From NCBI GenBank assembly GCA_001938485.1, contig MQRK01246099.1:1-64000 (forward strand): a stretch of DNA of 64,000 nucleotides, read 5' to 3'. The position numbers were made by a program, and so were the translations under genes. The stretch comes from Girardia tigrina (lineage: Eukaryota). This document shows, in pieces, positions 27,521 through 39,643 of the stretch (its first letter is position 1; every line of letters begins with the position of its first letter). The notes under the pieces were generated by a model. That model saw only the letters and a program-made list of their open reading frames with translations, had not been told where the DNA came from and searched no databases.

Positions 27521-28439
27521 TTTTCATGCACTTAAAAATTGTTTTGCAAAAATAACAATTTTTATAATAAAAATAATCAAAAGAATACAACTGGTGCAAA
27601 TAAATTTCTTTATTTAGTTGCATATATATATATGAAATATGTATATTTACAAAAAATTATATTAAATTAAATTTAAAGAGAATTAATTTATAAAAAGAAG
27701 ATTTAAATTTGAGTGGAAATCATTTGATCTTGGTTCGCTTAAAAATGAAAAAAGAAATTCATTTAAATAATTGATGACTCATCGAGTCATTTTTAAATGA
27801 CTGATTTAGTTGAATGTTCGGTGTGTTTCGGGGTCGGTGTGTGTGCTAGTTGTTGAATATCGTTTCGAGTGGAAAGTGAGAAAATGGTGATTGGATCAAA
27901 TCACTCGCTATGAGTGGTTGACCAATCAGAGGAAGCTGAGAAAAAAGGTGATTTTTTTCAATCATTTTTCAGCATTTACGAATTATTATTCAAACTTCGA
28001 CATCTTAAATTTTTTGGTTGACGCTTTGTAGACATAAATTCGATTTATATATTTTTCGATTGCCCTTAAACAAATTGAATGCAATAAAATTACGTTGTCT
28101 GATTTTTGAACGAACAAATTATTTTCAATTTTTATATTATTAAACTACTTGAACGAATTTTATTTTAATAAATTAGTATTTAAGTAAAATTATTTTTGAT
28201 TACCTGAATCGTGTTTGAGTAGACTGTATGAACTACTTGATTTTCTGAATTGTGTTTGATTCGAATTTAGTTTATGAATTATTATTATTTGGAACGCTGA
28301 AAAGTTTTTTGTAAATTTGATTGAGGGAATTTTTATTTTTAAATTTTGTGAACATTATTTTTTGATTAAAATTTGAAATTGAAGACTGTTGAATTATAAT
28401 GATAATAATGAATTTTCTAAACAACGATACTATACTATA

Positions 28440-28530
28440 ATTGGTCCAGCACGAAACTTCTGAGCTTAAAATCACCCTTCAATGATACGCCTTTGCTACC
28501 ACCTTCTGGTCTTTCAGGTACAACAAAAAT
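28440..28530 (+). promoter_or_regulatory. Degenerate LTR-element leader: half-tRNA-iMet PBS plus acceptor-end mimic
   Basis: ATTGGTCCAGCACG...GAGCTT...CCTTTGCTACCA...CTGGTCTT, collinear with 31620-31710. Confidence 0.5.
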
Positions 28531-28815
28531 AGATTGTTAAATGAAACATTATTTCGAAACCGGATTCAAAAGATGTTTCTAAGAGTTATATATTTTTTAA
28601 TTTTTTATAATGCTACAATAAACAATGCAAAAAACATTTTTGACAAGAGGTTTCATTAAGTAAAGTATAAATGTATTTATGGCGAAGGGTCAATTCCTGT
28701 TTAAGAATAAATTCTGTCAATTAAAACAAAATGCATTATAAATATATATTTTTTAATTTATATTTATATTTGTTCATTTATTTGTTTTTAAGTCTTTATT
28801 TATTTAATAATTTAG

Positions 28816-29074
28816 TAGTCACCATTCAGTAGCATTCTCAGCAGATTCCTTAAAGCTCGTAAGGTCCATGTTAATAATGGTATTCGTATTTACTTTATGC
28901 TATATTCCTTACATAATTTGGGAAGTATTTGGTATAATGAATCCAATTTTTCTCCTCATATCCAAGTTGACTGCTCATTCAACTGTTCTCACTGATCCTC
29001 TTGTATATATTGTCAGTAACAGTAAATATCGAACAATTGTACTAAAAAAAATTTTTAAAAGACATTTGTATTAA
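28816..29074 (+). CDS. Class A GPCR, exon 2 (TM6-TM7-helix 8)
   Basis: TTTAG acceptor in phase with exon 1 (AA|T = Asn); FTLCYIPY, TDPLVY and NSKYR; joined CDS 918 nt, 305 aa. Confidence 0.85.
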
Positions 29075-29169
29075 ACGTTTCCTATATATTAGCTGCTTGT
29101 AATATTTTTTGTTATTTACAATGAGATTACTGATATGTGATTACAAATATAATTATAAAAGAATATTTA

Positions 29170-29460
29170 AATTTGGTGAATATAGTTTGACGGAATATTC
29201 ATTATTTTCACGCACTTTTGAAATAGTTTTTTACTGCCATTAATTAAATCGTGTTCATGCGATTTTTGATTATCATAATTTACTATTATAAAATTAAACA
29301 AATGGTAGAAAAGGATCCTTGAGGAACGCTTTTGCAGAATATACATTGTATTAAAAACACTGAAATGATTTCCAATACTTTTATTGACATCACAATTTTC
29401 TTAAGGACAATTCTCCACAAAACTTTCGGAGTTAGATATTGTTCTTGATTGATAAATTAA
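29170..29460 (-). mobile_element. Diverged LTR fragment with decayed micro-ORF
   Basis: AGAACAATA (decayed AGAACGATG) followed by SNSESFVENCP*ENCDVNKSIGNHFSVFN. Confidence 0.5.
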
Positions 29461-30694
29461 AATTCTATTTCTAAACATCTAATATTTCGAAAAAATTAAA
29501 ATTACAATTCCTTACTAAAATATTTTAAAAAATATTTAAACTCATTTTTAATATATTATCTATGATTAAATAATGATTAAATGAAGAACTCGATTTTAAA
29601 TAATACTTTTGAAGAGTTTATAAGCTTCCAAATAGAGTTTAGTGGTGACTTCTTTTTCATTCTTTTGTACAATTTTCTAAAATTCTATCTTCTATGGGTT
29701 TTTCGTCCTTTCCTTGAAAAATATTAGGTAATTCCATTTGAGACAGGTCCTATAATCAGACATTGAAATCTTCATTTGAGTTTATTTGGTACGAACATGT
29801 ACAGTAACTCATGGTCTACGATTCATTGTAGAATCTTTAAAAAATAATTGTTTGAAAAAATGAATGATAAAGGTATTTTGAAAAAATGAAAACTGAAATC
29901 ACTCAAAATATCATATCCTAAATCTTAGCCTAAGCGTCATTTTTCGAAATTTAACCGATCGTAAAAACAAAATATATTTGAAAAATATCGAGTTATTTTA
30001 TCATGCTTTCATTAATATTGTATATATTTTGATACGACCTTTTTATCCTTATATATAATTAAACTTCTTTTATAGCTGTTTATAACCCCCCGGGCTTGTC
30101 CCCTGGATCCGCCTTTGATTTTTATATAATTAAATATACATTTATATAGTATATTGGTTTAGTAATTTCATCTTCTTTTTCCAGTACTTACAGGAAAGTC
30201 TAGCTATAAGCGACTGCCTCCTGCGGGTTGGTTTGGAAGAAGGAAAATTATTTTTTATTATTTATATTGTTATTTAAAATTTATAATTTATTTTCATTTA
30301 TTATTAAATTTCAAAATGTAAATTATTGTCGTATTTGGTAAGATCAATTGATCCATAACACCAGGGACTATAATAATTCTTATTATAAAAATTCAATTAT
30401 TATATAAATTCAATTTTAAATTAAAAACTTACTATTTGTAATATTCAAAGTATTGTTTTGTTAGTCTGATTGCGTCATCATACAATCCATACACTATTCG
30501 AAAATATGGAAACTATCACGAATAGTAATCCAAAATAATATAATAGAGAATAATCTACAACCAAAGTTATTCGATTTTTTTGTCAGATAAAAAGATTCCT
30601 AATCCGACTGATAATCATCATCAGATTGTTTCAAAAACTGAACATATTAATATATATAAACAATAATTTATTTGAATAGAACATTTACTGAAAC

Positions 30695-30950
30695 ATTTAA
30701 ACTTATTTGAGATCTTCAATGGGACAGAAGCATTGGTTTGACTTGGTACTACTAAGTACAGAGATGGAGCTAGTCGCATCAATTAACTTTTTTGATGCAA
30801 TTGAAAACTTTTGCAAATGCAAAATCACGAAAAGTTGGTTTTTAATAAAATGTTATATTTACTACAGATTTCTTTTATTAACTTTGTTAGTATTACAAGT
30901 AAATTTTATATGAGTGTTCTTATGTGCGGGGTTTCCTCATAAATAAGACC
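30695..30950 (+). repeat. Second copy of hAT 3' segment 27245-27510
   Basis: Near-identical run TTTAAACTTATTTGAGAT...GGGGTTTCCTCATAAATAA. Confidence 0.85.
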
Positions 30951-31613
30951 ATCAATAACAAAAAAATATTTTACTAAAGATCATTTTACGAAACATTCCT
31001 ACGAACTGTTCAGTACTTATTACCTGATTGTTATTCAAGTAACTTACTAATATTGATTGTTCTCTTGCAACTACTGTTTGGAATTCAAATTGCGTATTAA
31101 TAATATATGTTATTATCATTATTTATATTTCAAATTTAAATTCGATCCCAAATTACAATTTCGAAATAAAACAAAAAATTCTTCTCCCCAATTCAAAAAC
31201 ATACACAAAAATCAAAAATGCCATAAAATAATAAAAAAAATAATGATTAACTAAAAAGAAAATAAAATATGGATACATCTCTAACCAAAACAACATTTCA
31301 TACACTAAAAAAATATTATGTTGAATATAAACTGTCACGACAAACACAAATAAAATTCGAATTTGAGGCATGTAAAACAATTTTTCGATGGAGAGTGATG
31401 TATTGGGAGTGAAATGACTCGCTCTGACAAAATGACTAATCAGACAAAGTCGGGGTAGAGATAAATTTTTATTGCTGTTTATTGAAAGATTTAACTTTTG
31501 TCTCAAAAAATTTATATCTATAATTAAGTTTTTAATTTCTTTGGTCTCAGTTATTGATTGAAAATTCATATTAAATTGATTTAAAAAATGATCTCGAAGA
31601 ACAAAATTTTAAA

Positions 31614-31710
31614 CTCACAATGGGCCCAGCGCACAGAGACCGAGCTTTTAAGTCTTCTAAAGAGTGCATCTGCTACCATCATCCGGTCTTCGGGTAATTC
31701 AGGGATCGGT
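31614..31710 (+). promoter_or_regulatory. LTR end (CTCACA), half-tRNA-iMet PBS and tRNA acceptor-end mimic
   Basis: ATGGGCCCAGCGC at 31620-32 is complementary to the tRNA-iMet anticodon arm; TCTGCTACCA at 31669-78 equals the tRNA-iMet 3' end. Confidence 0.65.
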
Positions 31711-32145
31711 CAGAATAACTTATTTTCCTATTTTGTTTGTGATGATTATTCCATTTCTTCTTTTTACTTTTTCTGTTAATTGTTGTATTAAATTATATTT
31801 TACAATACCAAGATTATTATTCTATTATCTAATAGTTAATTGTAAAGTCAAAAGGGATTTTGGATTCTATTTGATTACGTACGAAGTTCCTTTTTATTTT
31901 ATAATTATACAATATTATATATGTATTACGGAAGCGAGTTAATGAGATCAATGAATCTTATTAACTCGACTACGTAATCTCGTAACAAAAAAAATAATAT
32001 GATCAAAGTAATAAACGAAACTATAGATGTAATAATTATTTAACACTCTAACGGAAAGAATAATAAAAAAAGTATATTCTAGATCACAATAAAAAAAGGA
32101 AAAGGTCCGTCAAGGGATTGTTAAATAATCAAATTTCTTTCCTTT

Positions 32146-32358
32146 GATCGTTAATAAAACAGTCGATGGATGACCAATTAAATAGGAATATTTCTTGTTA
32201 ATCGTCAATGAAACAGTTATTTGATGGTTATTTAAAATAGGGATATGTTTTGTTGATCATCAAATAAACGGATAATGAATCACAATTAAATGGGAATATT
32301 TTCTTGATCGTCAATAAAACAGTTACTAGAGGACCAGTTAAATAGCAATATTTCTTGT
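32146..32358. repeat. Minisatellite of four ~54-bp units
   Basis: Consensus-like GATCGTCAATAAAACAGT...AATTAAATAGGAATATTTCTTGTT repeated. Confidence 0.8.
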
Positions 32359-32535
32359 GTTCAGGAAACGAGAATAATATTTCTCGGATTCGAATTAATA
32401 TTACTTAAAATGAGAGCCAATTTAATATTACTTTATAATATTTCTGATCGATTTCTTGATCAGATTTGAAATTTAAATATTTTGCTAATAGCAATATTTT
32501 TATTATTGCTATTCAGCATTAATCGTCGAAAAAAA

Positions 32536-32946
32536 ATGTCCGGACAATCTGACGAAACGCTGCAACAGATTATAAGGTGCGGGCATTGCAATTTTGGTCG
32601 TCTGCTGCCTGATCATCGTATTACTGCTCGTTATCCTCTATTTGATTATCGAGAAATACTTTTGTAAAAAACAACAAAAAAAATAAATGAAAAATTTAAA
32701 AACTCTAAGAAAAATAATACACACTAAATAAAAATAAAAATAAATAGTTACAGGCAAAAAATTGTCATAGACGAAAATAGAGATTTTAAACGCACACACC
32801 CATTATTCAGAAGGTATAGAAAGTCGGTAAAAAGCCAAAGTCTGCAACAATATGCATGTTTCAATATAGATAATTTAAAGTATACACAGAGTGTTATTGC
32901 TTTCGAGGTTGGAATGAGTCCTAAAATTTTTTGTGATTCCGAATGA
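32536..32946 (+). CDS. Candidate two-exon 106-aa ORF of unknown function (32536-32663 + 32754-32946)
   Basis: AAAAA-ATG start; GT..CAG intron joins TT|G in frame; CGHC motif; the intron is A-rich, so support is weak. Confidence 0.3.
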
Positions 32947-33929
32947 TCCCGATGATTGTTGTTTTACAATTGGATGATAAATCCAAGTTCCATAGTAACT
33001 GTAAAAATCTGTAACTTTTTGCAATGAAAAATTGTGATTCGAGTATTTTGTTGATATAAAAAATTATTTAAAAATGAACTTGTCATCAAATTACGATAAA
33101 TACTTCAAAGAAAAATTTGAAATGTGTTTCATTGATTAAGTTTATGAAATGGAAGTCTGTAAAATAATATTGTACTTTGTATCACTTTTTATTTACTGAA
33201 AAATGATTTGATTTATCAATTTTGTGAGATAAATGAAAATAAAGAGAGGGTTGAAATCTATAGAAAAAACTGAAATAAACACATATTTTGAAGTTGAAGA
33301 TTTCCAATGAAAGACGTTGAGAATTAAAAATAGTGATTAGATGTTCTTAGAACTACTCAGAATTATTATTAGAAGTTAATTCCGACATCAAATCAAACTT
33401 TTATTATAAAACAACTTTTTCAAAAAATGTGATTACCACTAATATTTAAAAAAACTTTTTTTGAGAAAAAATTTGTTTTATAAATCTTAAGCTGGTATAT
33501 ATAAAAATATTTATAATATTAATATTCATTTATTTTCATTATTATTTTACCATTAATAAATTTTATCAATTTAAAATTAATTACAACATTAATCAAAATA
33601 AATATATAATATAATTATTAAAATAAACTAACAGACCGATAAAAGTGAACTTATATGTGAGTTAGCTTAATTTTATCTACAAATAGGACCACATTATAAT
33701 TAGACTAAAGAAGTTTTTTTATATAGAATAGAAATTACTATATTTTATTTTCTTTTAAGTTATTGAAAACAATATATTCGAGATAACGATAATACTTAAT
33801 ACTAGTATAATGTATTTTAACGTAATAACCCAAATCAAAATATGATAAAAGAAATCGTTAGAACAACAAATAATAAAATCTAACCACATTACTCTGAAAA
33901 TGATAGTCTGTCTTTAAAATAGATTATAA

Positions 33930-34467
33930 CTCTTTAACAGAAACATTGATAGAGCCAAATACAGGAGTTTAGCGATTGATCAATAAAATTCTCGCGATTG
34001 TAGGAATAATTAAGAACATTAATTGGGTTTTCTTTACATTTATTTATATCACAATTTGAATTGCCACTAGAACAATTCTCTGTAAAACTTGCGTAGCTCG
34101 TCATCGTTCTTGATTGATAATCTTTAATAATATTCTTTAACGTCTTATTATTCAAACAAATTTAAATTACAATTTAATTATTACAAAAATAATTTATACT
34201 TTAAATTNNAATTTAATTATTACAAAAATAATTTATACTTTAAATTTGAAATAATTTTTATTTATTTTAAGAAAATATTATTAAAATATTATTTATGAAA
34301 TATTAGTTTAATTTTAAAGTGATTATTTTAATTTTAATACTTGATTAAACAACCCGATATTTTAAAATATTTAAAATATCAATCTTCCATCTGGGTTGGA
34401 GAAACACAATCCTAAAACAATATACCAAACAACACACAATAAACACCATTCAAAAATATTCCTCACA
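33930..34467 (-). mobile_element. LTR 5' part, TGTGAGG family
   Basis: CCTCACA at 34461-67; near-copy of 13394-13784; micro-ORF MTSYASFTENC... Confidence 0.75.
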
Positions 34468-34489
34468 ATAAAATTTGAAATAATACCCT

Positions 34490-36030
34490 TCGGTGTTAAA
34501 CCGTCGCGTCAGCATTTGAATGTTTCTCACCTTTCCGATATTCTATTTTCATGTCAAGACCACTAAGAAAATTTATCCATGTTTGAAACTGTAGTATAAT
34601 AGGGTTTTTCGTAGTCATTATAAAAGTGATAGCTTTATGATCCGTTCCTAACAGAAATCTTTTCCCCTACAAAAAATGTTTAAAATGTTGAGTGAAATAA
34701 TAAATTGAAAGCAGTTCTTTCCTTGTTATGCAATACAAAGTTCATGTTTATTCCTTTAATGGGAACCATATGCAATTATTCTTTCTCTTCCACATATGTC
34801 TTTCTGTGATAGCACCGCTCCTATTGTATCAAAACTTGCACCTGTATCGATTATAAAGTCTTTTGAAAAATCAGGGTATGCCAAAATTGGTGTCTTAATT
34901 AATTTTTCTTTTAATTTTTGAAAAGCTTTGTTGTCCATTATTCAGTTCAATTAAGTTTTTATCCTTGCTCTTACCACATAAACCTTCTAAAACCTTTGCA
35001 TATCTAGCGTAATCCTTTATGAATTTCCTGTAGTAATTCGTCAAACCCAGAAAGCTTCTTAAATGTTTGATACATGACGGGTTTTGAAATTTTCTAATTG
35101 CATCAATCTTTGTTTTATCTGTCTCAATACCTTCTTTAATTATGAAATTTTCGTTTTTCCCACTAGGAATTGACATTTCTCTGGATTTATTCTCAACCCG
35201 GAATCTTTAATTTTCTCAAAAACGTTATGTATTCTTTGAAGATGTTCTTCTCTATCTTTTGCAAAAATCAAAATATCATCCAAATATACAACTGCTTCTT
35301 TCCAATTCAAATCTCCTAAAACTTCCAACATTAATTCTTGAAAGGTTGCTGGAGCTGCTGCGATTCCAAAAGGCATTCTTTTAAAACAATATTAACCATT
35401 CTTTGTTGAAAACGCTGTTTTAATCTTTGATTCTTATTCTATTTCAACTTAATAATATGCATTTACCAGATTGTACTAAAATGTTTTACTAAATTAAATG
35501 TTGTACTAAATTGTACTAAAATGTTTTGCTCCATTCAATTTTTTAACATGTCATCTACATTTGGCAAAGGAAATGCCGGTCTTACCGTAATTTTATTCAA
35601 CTGTCGAAAATTGTCACATACTCGGATGTCTGGTTTCTCTTTTTTCCATACACACACCAGACGGTAGTTCCATGGAGAACTACACTTTTCAATTATACTG
35701 TTTTCTTTAAAATCTCTAATGACATCATCTAGTTTCTCTTCAAAATGTTTTGACAGTCGATAAGGCTTCACTAAGACTGGTTCTCAACGAGTTTCTATTT
35801 TGTGTTTCGTTAACGAAGTTTTCCCAACATCCCACTTGTTAGCCATGAATATTGATTTATATTCTGTTAATAGTCTCATTATTTGGTTGTCAACTTTGGT
35901 GTTATATATTTCTTTAATTCTCTTTAGTCTGTCATCATCTGTTGGACTATCTATAATCATCCATATGTCACTTGAATCTATAGTTTTCTTCTTTAGTTTT
36001 ATTCCAAATTTGTCTAAAATGTCAAATCCT
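34490..36030 (-). mobile_element. Ty3/gypsy pol fossil (RT and RNase H)
   Basis: DIRVCDNFRQLN, MPFGIAAAPATFQ, YLDDILIF, LRSFLGLTNYYRKFI, PILAYPDFSKDFIIDTGAS and RTDHKA; many frameshifts. Confidence 0.95.
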
Positions 36031-36396
36031 TGTCACGACCCTTCTGAGTTAGAACATTTTTGATGACTCTTGAGCCTCCAGTAGTTATTAAGTGTCAACC
36101 ACAACCCATTCTGATTTAATTTTGATTTTAAACGTTATTGTGTGAAAGTATCGAACACCTCTCCTTACTTGACATCTGACCAGCAGTGCCAAGCTCAGAG
36201 GGTCTGCGGGTTCGGTTCAAGACAGGAAGGGCTGTGCACCCCCCGCGAAGCTCAGCGCCGCTCGGGGCTGATTTCATGTTATGTACATTATTATAGACTC
36301 ATTATTGTATTAACAGTATTCTCTGTGAATGTGTCGCTCATGCTTGTCATTAGTTTATTGTATGTATTGTTAGACTTGTCACATTGTGTCGTGATA
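36031..36396. mobile_element. Possible solo LTR of another family
   Basis: TGTCACGAC...GTCGTGATA inverted termini; truncates the pol fossil; no TSD found. Confidence 0.4.
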
Positions 36397-37424
36397 TATT
36401 AACTCGTATTTCATGTTGGGTTACACTGTCATTTTGTTTATCATAATAACACTTGTCTCATCATTTGTCTTTATTATATCTCCACGGATTTACCTAGATT
36501 TAACAATTTACAGAAATCATTGTTATAAATTTATTCATTCATATTTGCATTAAATAATTCAATGATTAAGTCTTATTCATAAATGTATCTGATTCGGTTA
36601 GCGTTTAACGGTTCAATAAATCTTTACTGTAGGTTTATCATAACAACGTTTATTGATTGTTCTGCACCAACGATCATATTATTAACCAAGAACCGCATCG
36701 ATTTATTTACACATGACGTAAAACTCTCTCGGATGTTCAGTGTCGACTCTTTAAAAAATAACTTTACCTTTGATACTAACCGATAAGATCACAGGTTTTC
36801 ACCAAATGAAAAGTTTTCGTTAGTGAAGTCAGCCGAAGTCCATCTGAGAGCTCATTTATTATCTTTACCTACTTCGATCTACTGGAAGATCATCACAAAT
36901 AAGTTAAATGTGTACTATTAGATTTTCAAAATATACGGCTGGTACTTTCGCTTGTACAAAATAATTTCAAACAAGCGACAGTCAATAATTATTTCATAAA
37001 AGGATTGTTTGAGTAGAAATTCAAAAATGTTCACAATCAATTTCAAATGTTGTTATTTTCCCTTTGATTAAAAGACAGACGTTTTTTACAGAGATCATTA
37101 ATTTTCAGAATGAATAGCTATTTCCTTTCTCAATATTAACATACTTTTAACTTAACAATTTATTTAATTATTTTAAAATAAAAATTCCTTTTTCAAAACT
37201 AATTCAGACGAAATTATATAATAAAGTTAAGTACTATACATAAATTTTCCTAAAACAAGAGACAAATTGTTTTAGGTAACCTTGCATATATAGTCATTTA
37301 GACAAATTAAGGAAAATATTTATGAACTATTAAATTACATTCTGCAAAAATCTATGAAATTTGAAATTCATTTTAGTCAAGTGTCTGATCTATAATTAGG
37401 AAAACCTTTTATATTTAAATGTAC

Positions 37425-37495
37425 TAATAATAATAACAATAATAATAATAATAATAATAAAAATAATATTAATAATAATAATAATAATAATAATG
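37425..37495. repeat. (ATA)n microsatellite
   Basis: Visible TAA/ATA array. Confidence 0.9.
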
Positions 37496-37964
37496 GTTCG
37501 ATACAATCCCCAGGTTTTCATAGAGACAAACCTGTGGTAGCCGAGTAATGTCGCATTTGGTGTTGTTGCTGTTCGTGTTGGGCACATTTTATAGATAACC
37601 TTTTTTTCAGATTTTCATCATTTTTTCGACTTTAGTAATAGAGTTTTTTATTTTATTTTAAATGGTTAAAAATGATTTAGATCAATAGAAATATAAAATA
37701 CAAGATCAAGCCTTTCAAAAGGAAAATTCAAATTTAAAGAAAATATTGTTCACAAACATTTTAACAAGGAATAAATTCTCAGCAAAATTCATATAGCAAA
37801 TCGTTAACTCTACTTCGTTAATATTTTAACAAATAATCCGTAAAAAATTCGGACAATATTGAAATTTCGTTTTAGCAAAATATCCGAAAAAATTCTTTTC
37901 AGAAAAATTATTCAACAAAATAAATTTTAATAAGAAATTTAATAAATAATGGAAAATTTTTATT

Positions 37965-38150
37965 AAAATCAATAACGCCGTTAAAGTCAAATTTTATTTA
38001 TCGCAATATATTTCGGTAGATTTTCCACCATCTTCAGGCTGAATTAACAACAATTTTACTGTCTTATATTATATAATATATAGCAAAATGATGATTATGC
38101 AAACGTCTTGCATAATAACTAATTAAATATTCTTAACAAATTGGAAGATC
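37965..38150 (-). mobile_element. Penelope-like terminal fragment
   Basis: Homologous to 50722-50925, which includes the end of the GIY-YIG ORF. Confidence 0.65.
38003..38039 (-). ncRNA. Minimal hammerhead ribozyme-like motif
   Basis: GC-CTGAAGA-T-GGTGGA-AAA-TCTACC-GAAA-TATATT-GC. Confidence 0.6.
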
Positions 38151-38189
38151 GACAAGATTCTCTACCTGATAAAGAAATTCTATGAGAGC

Positions 38190-38800
38190 TTAATTGCCTT
38201 TGTGGGGGATTGTGAGTTTCTCATGGAAAGAGGTTTCATACAGGGATGTGTGATGGGACTTTGTCTTTCTAACTTGGTCTTCGATGAAGTTATCAAAACG
38301 GCGATACTGAAAGAATTTGGGAAAGGAATTACGATGATCCATGAGCATGGTGATGAATTTCGAGTCAATAGATTTGCTTATGCGGATGATCTATGTATCA
38401 TCGAATCTTATATAGATCGTGCCTGTAAAAATCTGGATATATTTAGAAGCACATTTTTTTTATTTCGAATGACTATTAGTACATCTAAGACGAAGTCAAG
38501 TGCCTAACTGATGACTTGGATATTGACTAGATGTGGTAGCTGCAGTCGGGATATCGATCAGCGGTTGCGTTGTGGAATAAGTAAGTTAAGAGAATTTCCA
38601 ACTGCGATACAAAGTAACCGAATTCTTATTCCTAAAGGAAGACTAATCGAATCAAGAAGATCTGGTCGAATATCAGAAATGCTTAAATGAGAGAGGAATT
38701 TTCGACACTGACGAGAAATTCAAACACCTAATCAAAGAAACTGTGTCTGAAAAACTGAGAAAAATGATTGAACAAGGAAAGGCGTGCCCGAAAATGCTCC
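38190..38800 (+). mobile_element. Non-LTR retrotransposon RT fragment (RTE-like)
   Basis: RGFIQGCVMG, FAYADDLCI and TISTSKTK. Confidence 0.8.
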
Positions 38801-39189
38801 AAAATGCTCCATTTGATTAAAATCATATTTTGTATCTATAATTTTAAAATTATTGTCAAACTGAATTTACTAATTGGAGAACTCTAATTAGTGAAAAATC
38901 AATAGATATAAGCAATCTTTCATCTTTATTATTTCATATTTCTACTAATGTAAAAATTGTATTGAAGAAATAAATCTTATTTAAAAACAATTCTGTTGGT
39001 TTTTGATAATTGAAATTAATTTAAAGTAAAATTTTGTTGAATAATTAAACTTCTACGATCAAATATTTAGTTTAAAGCATCAGTTAATCTTAAATCTAAA
39101 GACCTTACCTTTCTCTGAACATCACCAAGAAAAGCGATCCAGAGAGAAATAAAAATAATTTTTGTTTGGTTTCCAAAAGTTTAATATAC

Positions 39190-39475
39190 TTCTCCGGAGA
39201 CCCAACAGTACGATTATGGAAATTGCACATGATGCACTGATCCAATGGTTGAAAAATGCTTGTTGTATTTGGTGGAAGAAAGATTATCGCATCATTGGGA
39301 TGTTCAATATGCGGATGACATATTCACTTTGAGCTCGAGACTTTGATCTAGCAAATATTTTTTAACTTCTGGAATAAAATCAGGAATATAATATCGATTA
39401 AATCATTCTGAAAATTGAAGTAGTTAAGCACACTTTCTTGTTCGCCATCCAATGAACTGGAAGCTTCTTATTACT
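39190..39475 (-). mobile_element. Tigger/pogo transposase fragment
   Basis: KLPVHWMANKK, FIPEVKKYL and IFLPPNTTSIFQPLDQ. Confidence 0.85.
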
Positions 39476-39544
39476 TAATATTCTTTTCTAAACCGCATAA
39501 AAACATAATCTACTGTACTTAGTTAGATATTTAGAAAGTTCTAT

Positions 39545-39643
39545 GCCCTTACGGGCACGGGTTTTAAAATACGGGCACGGAAACGGGCTGGACGGGCAAA
39601 ATTTTACGGGCAACGGGCACGGGCAGGATACGTGCTGCACCCT
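39545..39643 (-). mobile_element. hAT-type terminus with ACGGGC subterminal repeats
   Basis: TAGGGTGCAGCACG end; multiple ACGGGC(A) units. Confidence 0.55.

Noticed and set aside
28950-29010. GPCR as an opsin (Lys in TM7)
   Set aside because: The residue six before the D of DPLVY (the retinal-binding K296 position) is His; the Lys is four residues earlier.
30185-30245. HDV-like ribozyme around CTGCCTCCTGCGGG
   Set aside because: I could not build P1, P2 or P4.
31620-31678. tRNA-iMet gene or tRNA-derived SINE
   Set aside because: The two tRNA-matching blocks have opposite polarity and there is no cloverleaf or B box.
32146-32358. CRISPR-like array
   Set aside because: Units are homologous along their whole length with no unique spacers, and the context is eukaryotic with no cas genes.
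34170-34250. Tandem duplication inside the LTR
   Set aside because: It is centred on NN at 34208-34209 and is probably a scaffolding overlap artefact.
36790-36897. TRIM-like mini LTR with PBS (minus strand CA-TT-TGGTGAAAACC)
   Set aside because: There is no second LTR and I cannot match the PBS to a tRNA.
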